IMG/VR virus record: IMGVR_UViG_3300031519_005598 | Span: 1-35,560 of that record | Source of the DNA: a virus | Taxonomy: Duplodnaviria; Caudoviricetes | Length of the DNA: 35,560 bases | Strand: one strand, 5' to 3' | In this document: piece after piece, positions 9,137 to 18,971 of the stretch | Layout of the letters: each line of letters begins with the position of its first letter | Numbering within the stretch: position 1 is the first letter of the stretch | Translations under genes and position numbers: made by a program | The notes under the pieces: generated by a model | Told to the model about the DNA's origin: nothing | Seen by the model: the letters and a program-made list of their open reading frames with translations, nothing else | The model's database searches: none

Positions 9137-9487
9137 TTAACTTTCAGCAGTGCTTGTCTTTGTTTCCTTAGACTTATCAGCACTTGATGGTCCCAAAGAA
9201 ATCTCATCTGCCATTACGCAAACAGAATTTCTTTGGTTTCCATCCTTATCTTGGTAGTCATCTACCTTAATCTTACCTTGAACGCCAACCAACCTTCCTC
9301 TTGAAAGATGGTCCTTTAATGCTTCTGCCATTTTTCCAAAGCATAAAACATTAAGATAAAGTGTATCATCATTTCGCCTATCGTTTACCGCCATGCGGAA
9401 CTTAGCCATAGATGTACCCTTTTGAGTGACGCTAAAATCTGCATCTTTAGTCAATCTACCACAACCCAACCATGTATTAATATTCAT
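9137..9487 (-). CDS. ssb: Single-stranded DNA-binding protein (bacterial SSB type)
   Basis: N..LGCGRLTKDA, FRMAVN, LNVLCFGKMAE..LSRGRLVGVQGKI..YQDKDG. Confidence 0.92.
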   Translation of the reverse strand: MNINTWLGCGRLTKDADFSVTQKGTSMAKFRMAVNDRRNDDTLYLNVLCFGKMAEALKDHLSRGRLVGVQGKIKVDDYQDKDGNQRNSVCVMADEISLGPSSADKSKETKTSTAES

Positions 9488-9488
9488 A

Positions 9489-9809
9489 CTAAACCTCCAA
9501 AGCTGAACGAATTCTTCCGCGAACTACTTGTGTATTACCTCGGTTGTTATGCCCTAGGGTTGCACTATAAATATTCCTAGCAGTTTTTCTTGAGACACCA
9601 AGAAGACTTGCTGCATACTCAGTACCATCTCGCGTGTTGTCACACACTCCATATCCTGATTTATGCGCCAACGCTGTTACAGGATTCAAAGTGAGTCCAC
9701 GGTTTGGACCACTGCGAATCTGAGCAACTACTTTATTATGATCATCTACCTTCCAATGGTAAGCAGATGACAAACTATTCAAACGATCAATAAACTCAGT
9801 CGTATTCAT
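9489..9809 (-). CDS. Hypothetical protein
   Basis: 106-aa ORF with AGGAG SD, coupled to ssb. Confidence 0.7.
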   Translation of the reverse strand: MNTTEFIDRLNSLSSAYHWKVDDHNKVVAQIRSGPNRGLTLNPVTALAHKSGYGVCDNTRDGTEYAASLLGVSRKTARNIYSATLGHNNRGNTQVVRGRIRSALEV

Positions 9810-9835
9810 AAATACTTTCTCCTTTTTAATAATTA

Positions 9836-10018
9836 CTATTCCTCTTTTACAACTTCGTTATCTTCAAGTTGCTCTAACGTTGATAAGCCGCTTTTTAGAT
9901 AATCAGTAAGCTTTAAAACTTCTTGGTCAATATTTTTTTGTTGATTTTGTAATTCAACAATAGTTTTTTGAACCTGTGTTAAATGTGCTTTTGACATTTC
10001 TTCTAATGAAATTTTCAT
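9836..10018 (-). CDS. Small coiled-coil hypothetical protein
   Basis: GGAGG SD; heptad-like L/V/I pattern. Confidence 0.65.
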   Translation of the reverse strand: MKISLEEMSKAHLTQVQKTIVELQNQQKNIDQEVLKLTDYLKSGLSTLEQLEDNEVVKEE

Positions 10019-10065
10019 TCACATCCTCCTTTCTATATTATACATAAACGATTTAAAAAAAACAA

Positions 10066-10299
10066 TTAAGTGTGGTAAGTCATGTGGTTGAGTACTTCTT
10101 CATGAGTCCAAGATGGTTCGTAAGCATCAAGTGTTCCGAGTCTAGCTATGTCAATGTATTCTTTTTCTAAATAGAAAATAAGATTAACTAATATTTCTTC
10201 GTTGTGTGTAAATATGCACTGATCTACTAAGTCTCGTATTTCTTCCGTTGTAGAACCAATCCTTAATCTATTATTATTCCTATCCATTTCGCTAGACAT
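10066..10299 (-). CDS. Hypothetical protein
   Basis: 77-aa ORF overlapping the dCMP deaminase stop. Confidence 0.6.
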   Translation of the reverse strand: MSSEMDRNNNRLRIGSTTEEIRDLVDQCIFTHNEEILVNLIFYLEKEYIDIARLGTLDAYEPSWTHEEVLNHMTYHT

Positions 10300-10717
10300 A
10301 TTTTATTGCAACCCCCGCTTCTATAAGTATTTGTGCGGCTAGTGTAAAATCTTTTAACCACCTGTCGTTATCAGTTTTTACTGTAACAACTTTTTTTATT
10401 CCTGACTGTATAATTAATCCCGAGCAATTAGAACATGGCTGAAAGGGTGAAGTATATATAGTGCATCCTGATAAATCTCTGTTAGCAAACAGAATAGCGT
10501 TAGCTTCTGCGTGAACAATAACATTATACTTTGTTTCTCTATCTTTTAACCGTTCATTATCTGAAATTTTTTGAGGAAATCCATTGTAACCAACTGATAC
10601 GATTCTATTTTTTTCATCTACTATTACTGCTCCAACTTGTGTGGAAGGGTCTTTCGACCACGATCCTACTAGTTTGGCTAGTTCAATAAATCTAATGTCC
10701 CATTTTGCCGAATTCAT
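10292..10717 (-). CDS. dCMP deaminase
   Basis: SKDPSTQVGAVIV, GYNGFP, HAEANAI, PCSNC zinc motif. Confidence 0.93.
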   Translation of the reverse strand: MNSAKWDIRFIELAKLVGSWSKDPSTQVGAVIVDEKNRIVSVGYNGFPQKISDNERLKDRETKYNVIVHAEANAILFANRDLSGCTIYTSPFQPCSNCSGLIIQSGIKKVVTVKTDNDRWLKDFTLAAQILIEAGVAIKYV

Positions 10718-10850
10718 ACCAAAGTAATCCTAAATTTGCAAGAGCGTAAGCAAACCACATTACAGCATGTGGATAATCGCGTCCTATAATACAACACGTA
10801 CATGTCCACACATAACACAGTGTAGAAATTATAATTGCTGGTAATGCCAT
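10692..10850 (-). CDS. Small membrane protein (52 aa), below the ORF-track cutoff
   Basis: MALPAIIISTLCYVWTCTCCIIGRDYPHAVMWFAYALANLGLLWYEFGKMGH; ATG overlaps the guaC TAA (TAATG). Confidence 0.6.
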   Translation of the reverse strand: MALPAIIISTLCYVWTCTCCIIGRDYPHAVMWFAYALANLGLLWYEFGKMGH

Positions 10851-11926
10851 TATACACTCTGATCAAAATGAGTCCTGTTTACTAAATTAAATTCTGCACA
10901 CTTGTTCATATCTTTTAGTTTGGTCGCTCCAATGTACGCACAGGCACTACGTAAACCGCCAAGCACATCTAATATAATATCTTTTACTGGACCTTTATAT
11001 GGTACTTCTTTTACACGACCTTCGCTAGCTCTGTAATCTTTTATACCACCATATTTTGTTTGCGCTTCGTTTGAAGACATACCATAAAACTTTAAAGATT
11101 TTCTAATCATTCTGCTACGATCTGGTAGCCATTCGTATTGCCAATCTCCCTCGCATTCATGTGTGCCAGCTAACATTCCACCCAGCATAACAAAGTCTGC
11201 ACCAGCAGCAAATGCCTTACAAACATCAGCAGGAGTTCTGCAACCACCGTCAGCACAAACTAATCCTAATCGTCCATCGCCATTACGTAAACCGTGTGCT
11301 GCATGACCACACTCTATTATAGCAGATAGCTGGGGAAAACCCACGCCAGTTTTTAATCTTGTTGTACATGCTGATCCGGGGCCAATCCCAATCTTAACAA
11401 TATCTACTCCACCATGCAAGATCAATTCTTGCACCATCTCTGGAGTGCATACATTTCCAGCCATTATAATCGGCATGTCACCTGTGCCGCTTAATATCTC
11501 ATCTCTTACACGGCTACAAAAGTCCACAAAATATTCTGTATAACCATTAGCTACATCTATACATATGTTTGGTGTAATGCCTGAACGATCTATAAATTCT
11601 CTCAGCTTAATTACCTCTTTATCATTAATGCCCATACTCCACCACTGAGTACTAGGATAATATAAATCATGTACTAAATTGTCTAGGTCATAATGTTTAT
11701 GTAGACATGTGGGCATATCATGTTTTTCTAGAGCATTAGACATAGCTAGGCTACCAGTAGTATCCATATTGGCAGCAAAGATTGGTACGCCTTCCCATAT
11801 TTCATTGCAGTGGTAGAAAGAGAAGTTTCGTGCCAACTGTATGTCAGAACGTGAAGCAGTTCTGCTTCTATGTGGAGCTAATAATACATCGTCAAAGTCT
11901 AGTTTGGGTTCGTAATTAATTTTCAT
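10850..11926 (-). CDS. guaC: GMP reductase
   Basis: KLDFDDVLL.P, ANMDT, ICIDVANGY, AGNV.T, KIGIGPGSACTTR, ADGG, FVMLGGMLAG, FYGMSS, YRASEG. Confidence 0.93.
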   Translation of the reverse strand: MKINYEPKLDFDDVLLAPHRSRTASRSDIQLARNFSFYHCNEIWEGVPIFAANMDTTGSLAMSNALEKHDMPTCLHKHYDLDNLVHDLYYPSTQWWSMGINDKEVIKLREFIDRSGITPNICIDVANGYTEYFVDFCSRVRDEILSGTGDMPIIMAGNVCTPEMVQELILHGGVDIVKIGIGPGSACTTRLKTGVGFPQLSAIIECGHAAHGLRNGDGRLGLVCADGGCRTPADVCKAFAAGADFVMLGGMLAGTHECEGDWQYEWLPDRSRMIRKSLKFYGMSSNEAQTKYGGIKDYRASEGRVKEVPYKGPVKDIILDVLGGLRSACAYIGATKLKDMNKCAEFNLVNRTHFDQSV

Positions 11927-12173
11927 TCTTAAACCATTTAAATTCTTGCTGATATTCAATCTGATGCGCTAAATGTTTATTGTTTGTTAAGTCATTAAAT
12001 ATGTCGGTTGCTAACCCTTTAACACTTGTGGCTAAACCTCCAGATGATTTATCGTCCTTTGCCCAAGTGTACTCATATGTGTATTCATCAGTATTTTCTG
12101 CCTTCTCTCTTGAGACATTGTAACCTTTTGTTTTAGCCCACTTTTTTATTTCTGACCATTTCATCGTGTTCAA
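11916..12173 (-). CDS. Hypothetical protein
   Basis: 85-aa ORF in a coupled gene string. Confidence 0.6.
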   Translation of the reverse strand: MNTMKWSEIKKWAKTKGYNVSREKAENTDEYTYEYTWAKDDKSSGGLATSVKGLATDIFNDLTNNKHLAHQIEYQQEFKWFKNEN

Positions 12174-12369
12174 TCTTTTCTTTTAATTCAATAAGATCTT
12201 TGTCTGTCCACATTTGATATATGTAATAAAAATCTCTTGGTTTCCATTGTTTAACTTTGTCTTGCTCTGTAAGTTCTTTTCTTGGCAAGAGCAATAATAC
12301 AATTATACCAATAAAACAAAGTATTGCAACCACAATAGTTATTTTATTCACGGGCCTACACTTATCCAT
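12133..12369 (-). CDS. Hypothetical membrane protein
   Basis: Single TM ITIVVAILCFIGIIVLLLL. Confidence 0.55.
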   Translation of the reverse strand: MDKCRPVNKITIVVAILCFIGIIVLLLLPRKELTEQDKVKQWKPRDFYYIYQMWTDKDLIELKEKIEHDEMVRNKKVG

Positions 12370-12457
12370 ATATAACTTTGCACAACTATGATGCTTAAAA
12401 GCCCTATCACAACAAACAGAAAAATTTTTATGTTATTTTTATTCATAATTAAAGACC

Positions 12458-12493
12458 GGGGTGAGGCAGATCACACACTACCTGCCCCACCCC
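12458..12493 (-). terminator. Terminator-like hairpin after rIIB
   Basis: GGGGTGGGGCAG-(12 nt)-CTGCCTCACCCC followed by GGTCTTT. Confidence 0.55.
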
Positions 12494-12505
12494 TCCCTAC
12501 AGTTA

Positions 12506-13372
12506 CTAGCTAAGAATAGCTTCACGCTTCCTAAGAACATTGTTGACACGTTCTAACTTAGCAGTAACCTCGACAACCCATTCCTGATTACGTCTCTTGA
12601 TGTTTGAATAATCAATATCGTCCTTGGTCATGTGAACTACTGACTTCATCAAGTCTTCAAATTCGCTGACGACTTCGTACTTGCAGCATCGCAGCTTCTG
12701 ACACTTGCAATCATTTGGCACACTCACAACATCGCATGGGTTTACCTTGCAAATCATAAGCTTGTTGCCACCGTCACCTTCGTTGTCATCTAAATCAATC
12801 CCACCATATGACTTGGCGTAATCAAATGCTCCAACGTGTAGTCCAGCAGCACAGTGGCTCTCACGATCACCGTTTACTTTGCTACGTTCAATCTCACAAG
12901 TACTTCCAACGCTATTGTTAAATTTGCCAGACCAGATATCCGTGTAGTCTTCACGAACTGCTTTATATGCTAAGAAATGTCCATCAGGTGTAATAGGCAT
13001 ATTCTTGTTTTCCATAAACTCAAACAGTTCTGTGATAGCATGGTCAGATGGATTCTGTGACATGTTATCAAGGAAGTTTAACATAGGCTCAAAAGGATAA
13101 CCCTGTTGGATCATATCAAGGATTGTGCCACCAAACATCTCTGGCATTTCAATCCCATCCCACTTCATTTTGCCACCCTCGACGCTGGCGTATCCATCGC
13201 AGTATGCATTCACATGCGATACAATGTCGTAGGATGCCTCAAAGTGTTCGACATTATTATTCTTAAGATGAGCAATAAGTCTTTCGTATCTTGGGTGCGA
13301 CTTACCAAAGGTGTAAACTTCACCCGCTACTGTCGCTGTTACGTTTCCGTCATTTGCAATAATGTAATTCAT
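12506..13372 (-). CDS. rIIB: RIIB-like protein
   Basis: NPS..AITELFEFM, PITPDGHFLAYKAVREDY, CAAGLHVG..DYA, KVNP.DVVSVP.D...QKLRCCKYEVV; directly downstream of rIIA. Confidence 0.88.
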   Translation of the reverse strand: MNYIIANDGNVTATVAGEVYTFGKSHPRYERLIAHLKNNNVEHFEASYDIVSHVNAYCDGYASVEGGKMKWDGIEMPEMFGGTILDMIQQGYPFEPMLNFLDNMSQNPSDHAITELFEFMENKNMPITPDGHFLAYKAVREDYTDIWSGKFNNSVGSTCEIERSKVNGDRESHCAAGLHVGAFDYAKSYGGIDLDDNEGDGGNKLMICKVNPCDVVSVPNDCKCQKLRCCKYEVVSEFEDLMKSVVHMTKDDIDYSNIKRRNQEWVVEVTAKLERVNNVLRKREAILS

Positions 13373-13409
13373 TTTCAAACTCCTGTGTGTGTAAAATTAG
13401 TACCCTTAT

Positions 13410-13445
13410 GTTATACCTTATCGTCAAATATTTGTCAATACTTTA
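13410..13445 (-). promoter_or_regulatory. Composite promoter upstream of rIIB: TTGACA-N17-TATAAC plus TAAAGT-N14-GACGATA
   Basis: Read directly; overlaps the rIIA 3' end. Confidence 0.7.
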
Positions 13446-15616
13446 TTTGAATTTTCTACCATGTCGATGTAAGCTGAAATATCAGAGTCATTAACACTGT
13501 TAGTATTCACACCATCAAGTAGAGGATACTTCTCAATTTCTTTTTGAAGTGGATCAAGATATTTAGCATCTCTGTCAAAACCCTCTGGTTGATTCCATAG
13601 ATGTGACATATCCAGTTCTCTACCAAGCTTCCAAACCATATCTAGATCATCTTTATTCTCATTAATTCTATCATTGTATTCCTTAAATTCAAGTACGATT
13701 TGTTTTGCCTTATTGTCAGTAGTGGTGCCAAGGATAGCATCGTGAAGCTGATGATCTGAGCATCTGTGTGCATGTCTGATGGCCCCAACCTCTTCTGCTG
13801 AGTCTTTAACTAGAACCTTGAGATAGTCCACGATAAACTCTGGGCCTTCCCAGTTGCTACGATCCTCTAGTTTACGCTGCTTGATCTGTGATGGAGTCAT
13901 GAGGCAGATAGTCTTGCTGTATACATCCACACCATAATACTTGCATAGCAAGTTAAGATATATACTAAGAGCTTTATCAGATATGTTCAGAAAATTAGAC
14001 AGTTTACAGTCAGACCTATCATCAGACCATCTACTCTTCTTTTTGGCAGCAGGAATATAGATCATGTTTTGATCTTTGACAGATATCTTCTGATACTCAA
14101 ACTTACCACTGTCGCCATCCCAATTGAAGCACTTAACCTCTGCTGAGTATACAGAACTACTTCGATTAGATGAACGATCTGGTTTTGGCATGTCAGATGT
14201 GAACCTGACATTCTCAGGTTTTGCACCACCAAGCTTCTCTAGTAGCTTGTTGTTGTCCTTAGTCTCATCGTAGCTATATGATTGATCTGTACCACCAATC
14301 AGGTCTTGTCGTAGCTTGTAGACGTATACATCGTATCCTGTGCTGCTGTAACCTCTGTTGGAATTATCTTCTTTGATCGTGTTACGAATACGAGTCATGC
14401 CACCTCTTGGCAAATCATCTACAACAAAACGAGTGTCTTTGCGGAATGGTACAAAATCTGGATCTTTATTTGTTTCTGACTTGCTACGATACCCAGACTT
14501 ATGTATATGGGTTAGGTTGATGCTCGATACTTTGATCTTGTTTCCAACCATCTCATCAAATATATCTTTACCATTCCATTGAATAGCTTTGTTTAGACTT
14601 TCCATTGCTTCTTTTACAGAGTGGCACTGTTGCTCAATCTCAACATACTTTTTACGTGCAAGGTACAGTGTAGGTTGTGCTTTAATAGCATCCTCTACGC
14701 TTGCCTTGATATCTTTAATAACAGACTGAATAACATTACGGATATTCTTTTTAGTATCTGTTGTATAAGATAGTGCTTCACGACTTGGTGTAATATCTAC
14801 ATCACCAATGTTTAAGTGTAGTCGTAATCCACTTGTGTGCCAAAGAAAATTAGCAATCTTATCTTTATCGTCATAATGATCGCCTATTGAACTTTCATCA
14901 ATAGGGTATGCAATCTGACCCATAATTACAAAGTTCTCGCCACGACCAGTAGTGAAGTCCCACTTACCTTTCTTGTCTGTAAGTAGACTACGCTCTGTGT
15001 TGTACATTAACTCAATGTTAAGAGTTGGACGAATCTTGAAGTATTGATATGTTTTACTAGCCTCTCGTACAAAACGATCACAGTCGTTCTTGTCTACTGG
15101 CAATGATACCTTGATGCCATTCTTTTCGCCTGTTGAAACAGTGTCCATCAGGCAGAATGTGGGACTGCCATTACTATCGCGGTGAGCAGCATAGACACGC
15201 TTGATACCATCTTTGAAAGCCTCTACGGTAAAACTGTCAGCGTATGCAAACGGTGCTTTACTCCCAAGACCAAGGCATCCTACAGCATCATTACTGTCAT
15301 TGCGTGTACTACGAAAATACGTAGTGTACAATGTCATGCATTCCTCGTGGGTCATGCTCGTACCATAGTCACGGACATGGAAGTATGGCTCAAGACGGGT
15401 AGGCAGATGCACATCGAAGGTACAGTCTGCCTTACCCGCATCAACATGAGAATCGTAAGCATTAGTCGAAAGTTCACGAACAACTGCCAAGATCTTGTTG
15501 GAATAAAGACCATCTGACAGAATCATGAAAGCTTTCGCTGAAGCTTCAATGCTAAACTGATTCTCTTCAAAATTTCCTGATTTTTCAACAGTGTGTGTGC
15601 TTGAGTGTAATTTCAT
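13424..15616 (-). CDS. rIIA: RIIA-like protein (N-terminal GHKL-ATPase-like domain)
   Basis: AFMILSDGLYSNKILAVVRELSTNAYDSH, VRDYG, YTTYFRST..SND.VG.LGLGSKAPFAY, IGDVDITPSREALSY. Confidence 0.9.
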   Translation of the reverse strand: MKLHSSTHTVEKSGNFEENQFSIEASAKAFMILSDGLYSNKILAVVRELSTNAYDSHVDAGKADCTFDVHLPTRLEPYFHVRDYGTSMTHEECMTLYTTYFRSTRNDSNDAVGCLGLGSKAPFAYADSFTVEAFKDGIKRVYAAHRDSNGSPTFCLMDTVSTGEKNGIKVSLPVDKNDCDRFVREASKTYQYFKIRPTLNIELMYNTERSLLTDKKGKWDFTTGRGENFVIMGQIAYPIDESSIGDHYDDKDKIANFLWHTSGLRLHLNIGDVDITPSREALSYTTDTKKNIRNVIQSVIKDIKASVEDAIKAQPTLYLARKKYVEIEQQCHSVKEAMESLNKAIQWNGKDIFDEMVGNKIKVSSINLTHIHKSGYRSKSETNKDPDFVPFRKDTRFVVDDLPRGGMTRIRNTIKEDNSNRGYSSTGYDVYVYKLRQDLIGGTDQSYSYDETKDNNKLLEKLGGAKPENVRFTSDMPKPDRSSNRSSSVYSAEVKCFNWDGDSGKFEYQKISVKDQNMIYIPAAKKKSRWSDDRSDCKLSNFLNISDKALSIYLNLLCKYYGVDVYSKTICLMTPSQIKQRKLEDRSNWEGPEFIVDYLKVLVKDSAEEVGAIRHAHRCSDHQLHDAILGTTTDNKAKQIVLEFKEYNDRINENKDDLDMVWKLGRELDMSHLWNQPEGFDRDAKYLDPLQKEIEKYPLLDGVNTNSVNDSDISAYIDMVENSNKVLTNI

Positions 15617-15660
15617 TTGGCTAGTTCCTAAAAGTTAAAGCGTGTGTGTCAACTTCTCTA

Positions 15661-15699
15661 AGTATACTTAGTATTCGTCATCTGTCAAGCGAAACTTTA
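15661..15699 (-). promoter_or_regulatory. Composite promoter upstream of rIIA: TTGACA-N16-TATACT plus TAAAGT-N14-GACGAATA
   Basis: Read directly. Confidence 0.75.
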
Positions 15700-16105
15700 G
15701 ATTTTTTTTGTGCAAATTAGATTCGTCGGCATTCCAGCTAGAATCAATGCTTGCTCCATGCCAATGATTGGTGTGAGTTCCTGTATCATTATCTACCTCT
15801 ATGTTAAAAGAAATTAAATCACCTTCAAATGTAACAGCTCCATCTTTATCAGTGTATCCATCTACTACCAATTCCCACTCATTAAGAAAATCATATACTT
15901 TTACATATGACTCTTCATCGTATTTATATAATACATAGTCTGAATCGTCGTACATCCACACATATGCTTTGTCACGTTTTACCTCTACTCGTTCTACATC
16001 AACCTTTAACTCTTCTGCCATAGAAATTTGTAAAGGATTAAAATTAGAATTGTACGCACTGTTAATATGTTTGTCAGTTATCTCTATTGTAGTTTTATCT
16101 AACAT
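15668..16105 (-). CDS. Hypothetical acidic protein
   Basis: 145-aa ORF coupled to thyX. Confidence 0.65.
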   Translation of the reverse strand: MLDKTTIEITDKHINSAYNSNFNPLQISMAEELKVDVERVEVKRDKAYVWMYDDSDYVLYKYDEESYVKVYDFLNEWELVVDGYTDKDGAVTFEGDLISFNIEVDNDTGTHTNHWHGASIDSSWNADESNLHKKNLKFRLTDDEY

Positions 16106-16739
16106 CCCAACCTAAAGCCTCCGATACTACGGGTAATTGTTTAATAAAAATATCCTTACATTGATTTGCCACATCCATATGTTCTTTTTGTGTTCCATGA
16201 CCATCTCTTAAGTTTATATAATGAGTCCAACTACGTATAGTTCCATTCATGTACATTCTCGTAGGTGTAGCTAACGGCAATACAAACCTAGCGCATTCTT
16301 TAGCAACTCCATTATCAATCATATCGTCATATAATGCTTTAGACTTTGAGAATAATTGTCTTATCTGTACATTATACTTATGTTTAACTTCTTGGTCAAG
16401 ATCGTCTATACTATTTTGTCTATTTTTTTGATCTTGCGTTCTAAGTTCTGGTGTATCTATCGTCTCTCCAAGGAAAGAAGCATCAGCATATCTTTGAGAA
16501 AACTCTTGAAAACTAAAACTTCTATGTCTTAGTATTTGAGCAGCAATACCTCTCGTAGTATTGATTTCAAGAACCATGTTAGCCATTTCAAATACTGACC
16601 AATGCCCATGCTGTATGCAATATCTCAAAAGTTTAGCATAGTTATTACGATCCTGATTCTTTGGGTTAGACACTCTTGCGCAATATGCAATAGTTTTCTC
16701 AGCATCTGGTGTAATGCTGATTAATGAAACGTTGCTCAT
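16095..16739 (-). CDS. thyX: FAD-dependent thymidylate synthase
   Basis: ARVSNP, HWSVFE, QILRHRSFSFQEFSQRY (RHRX7S), ECARFVLP, TQKEH. Confidence 0.96.
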   Translation of the reverse strand: MSNVSLISITPDAEKTIAYCARVSNPKNQDRNNYAKLLRYCIQHGHWSVFEMANMVLEINTTRGIAAQILRHRSFSFQEFSQRYADASFLGETIDTPELRTQDQKNRQNSIDDLDQEVKHKYNVQIRQLFSKSKALYDDMIDNGVAKECARFVLPLATPTRMYMNGTIRSWTHYINLRDGHGTQKEHMDVANQCKDIFIKQLPVVSEALGWDVR

Positions 16740-17764
16740 TCTACTAACCATCTATCATTCTTAAGTGTCCATTCAACAGTCTGTCTCAATCTATCTTTTA
16801 CTGGTTGTGGAGTCCAACCCATCTCTTCCATTTTACTACCATCTAATGCATAACGCAAGTCATGTCCCGGTCGTTGGCTATGAAAGTCTACCATAGAATA
16901 ATTTAATTCTTTCCCTTGACACTCTGCTATAAAATTAGCTAATTCTAAATTGTCCATTTCTTCTGATCCCACGATATTAAACTTAGGGCATTTAGCACCA
17001 CCAAAGTCTTCTGTTTTTACCTTACTTGAATCGTAAGATAGCAAAAACCACATAGCGTCAGCCACATCGCTTGCGTGAATGTAATGTCTTGATCCAGCTT
17101 TAGTCATTAATTTGTTACTATGAACAGTAACTTGTTCTCCATCCCTCGCCCTTTTAATACACATTGGTATATACTTTTCTGGATGTTGTCTTTCACCAAA
17201 CACATTCATAGTGTGAGAAACATAACAAGGTAGTTGATAAGTATTTTCATAAGCTACAACTAATTCTTCTCCACCAGCTTTACTTGCACTGTATGGATTA
17301 GTAGAATTATATCTATCATTTTCTTTATACTTAACACCCTCTGGTGCAGGTCCAAATACTTCGTCTGTTGAGAAATAAATAAATCTATCAAGATTGTCAC
17401 AACGTCTTGCAAATTCTAAAATGTTTGCCGTACCTACAACATTATCTAAAACAAATTCCATCGGAAAATCAATACTTCTATCAACATGGCTACCGGCAGC
17501 TAAATGTACAATATTATCTATCTTGCCAATTGTTGCTGCAATTTGTGGATTTAAATCTGCTTTTAGGTCGTGAAATACTGTGCGTACTCTTTTTCTCTCA
17601 GACTCTGGAACAGATAAAACTACTTCATTTAACCTGTTTAAATTTCCGCTATAATCCAACCTGTCTAAAGTAATAATATTATGATCGGTGTTGTTAAGCA
17701 TGTATTCTACTACATGATGAGCAATAAATCCCGCCCCACCAGTTAGCAAAGTTGTTTTAGACAT
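16736..17764 (-). CDS. rmlB: dTDP-glucose 4,6-dehydratase (extended SDR)
   Basis: TGGAGFI, LDRLDYSGN, HLAAGSHVDRSI, STDEVFG, YSASK, QHPEKYIP, RPGHDLRYALD. Confidence 0.9.
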   Translation of the reverse strand: MSKTTLLTGGAGFIAHHVVEYMLNNTDHNIITLDRLDYSGNLNRLNEVVLSVPESERKRVRTVFHDLKADLNPQIAATIGKIDNIVHLAAGSHVDRSIDFPMEFVLDNVVGTANILEFARRCDNLDRFIYFSTDEVFGPAPEGVKYKENDRYNSTNPYSASKAGGEELVVAYENTYQLPCYVSHTMNVFGERQHPEKYIPMCIKRARDGEQVTVHSNKLMTKAGSRHYIHASDVADAMWFLLSYDSSKVKTEDFGGAKCPKFNIVGSEEMDNLELANFIAECQGKELNYSMVDFHSQRPGHDLRYALDGSKMEEMGWTPQPVKDRLRQTVEWTLKNDRWLVE

Positions 17765-17801
17765 TTTTTTTCCTTTATTAAGTTTAGTTCTACCCAAACT
17801 T

Positions 17802-17830
17802 ATGATACCATCCTAAACAAAAAAAGTCAA
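17802..17830 (-). promoter_or_regulatory. sigma70-type promoter upstream of rmlB-thyX
   Basis: TTGACT-N17-TATCAT; lacks the GACGATA element of the other promoters. Confidence 0.55.
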
Positions 17831-18610
17831 TCACAAAGCTTCAAAAATATCAATCATTTTTTGTAACCAATCTGCATGTTTGCTAATTCTAGTATGAGCA
17901 GCCCAATCTTTAAAGGACGAATCTAATTTACCATCTCCTGTAAAAATACAAGAATGAACTCCTGCTAATTTCTTATCTATAAACAAGCCACCACCACTAT
18001 CTCCATTTCCTATTAAATATTCTAATGATGTACCCGGACCTTTTTCTACAGAAGTCACAAGCATACCTTTAAATATTAATTTATCAACATGATTAGAACC
18101 AGCTCTCCTTTTCATGTCATCTATTACAGTTCCAGTATACCATGTTCCAGTTAATCCCCAACCTGCAACACTACATATCTTGCCTAGCTCATTTTCTTCA
18201 GTATATAATTCTGGATAAAAATCTAATTCTACAGGATCTGCGAGTAATGCTATCGCTATATCATCTGGTCCTACTTCTTTTTCTTGATCAGAACCGTTTA
18301 ACTTTGCATACCCCAATATCTTATTTTTTTTACCATTTACAAGTATGTAGGATTCTGTGGAGTTGTTCAATACATGTGCAGCTGTTATTATAGTATGAGG
18401 AGCTACTACCACTCCAGAGCCAAAAAACCCTGCCGTTTCTCCCTCTTTCATATCTTCTAGCTTCATTCTACCACGAACGGGAACAACGCATTGGTGCAGT
18501 TCGCCATATTTAAGATGTTTAGAATCAGCCGTTCGGGGGTTTCTAGTCCCGCTGATTGCTTGGGAAGAAAATCCTAGTAATATAATTAGTGATAAAATCA
18601 AGTATCGCAT
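17831..18610 (-). CDS. Secreted trypsin-like (S1) serine protease
   Basis: Signal peptide MRYLILSLIILLGFSSQA; catalytic triad TAAHV, DIAI, GDSGGG. Confidence 0.88.
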   Translation of the reverse strand: MRYLILSLIILLGFSSQAISGTRNPRTADSKHLKYGELHQCVVPVRGRMKLEDMKEGETAGFFGSGVVVAPHTIITAAHVLNNSTESYILVNGKKNKILGYAKLNGSDQEKEVGPDDIAIALLADPVELDFYPELYTEENELGKICSVAGWGLTGTWYTGTVIDDMKRRAGSNHVDKLIFKGMLVTSVEKGPGTSLEYLIGNGDSGGGLFIDKKLAGVHSCIFTGDGKLDSSFKDWAAHTRISKHADWLQKMIDIFEAL

Positions 18611-18947
18611 GGGACCACTCCTTTGGGGGACTACCAAATACTTCTCTATATGGTCTATTTATTTTAGCAAGATAATATAAGGTACTGTCGCGTACTACAT
18701 TCTCATTCCAGCTTTTCCAATCCATCAAATGTCCAAAAACAAAATGACAACGCTTGCCGCATAGTGTGATAAGATTTGTAGGGTCTAACTCTCTGCTAGG
18801 GTCTACATGATATGGGACGATGTGATGCACTTCGAGGTCGTCTTTACGTCCACAGGCAGCACATTTAGGGTTATTTTCTACATGCTCATTGCGTACAGAT
18901 CTCCAGCCTGAAGACCTACCGTACATTCTATCTATAAAGCTAAACAT
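18543..18947 (-). CDS. HNH endonuclease
   Basis: CAACG..LEVHHIVP..DPTNLITLC..CH. Confidence 0.85.
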   Translation of the reverse strand: MFSFIDRMYGRSSGWRSVRNEHVENNPKCAACGRKDDLEVHHIVPYHVDPSRELDPTNLITLCGKRCHFVFGHLMDWKSWNENVVRDSTLYYLAKINRPYREVFGSPPKEWSHAILDFITNYITRIFFPSNQRD

Positions 18948-18971
18948 ATAAATACCCTAGTTAAATATACA

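Noticed and set aside
13424-15616. Hsp90, MutL or gyrase call for the 730-aa GHKL protein
   Set aside because: Motifs and adjacency to rIIB match RIIA.
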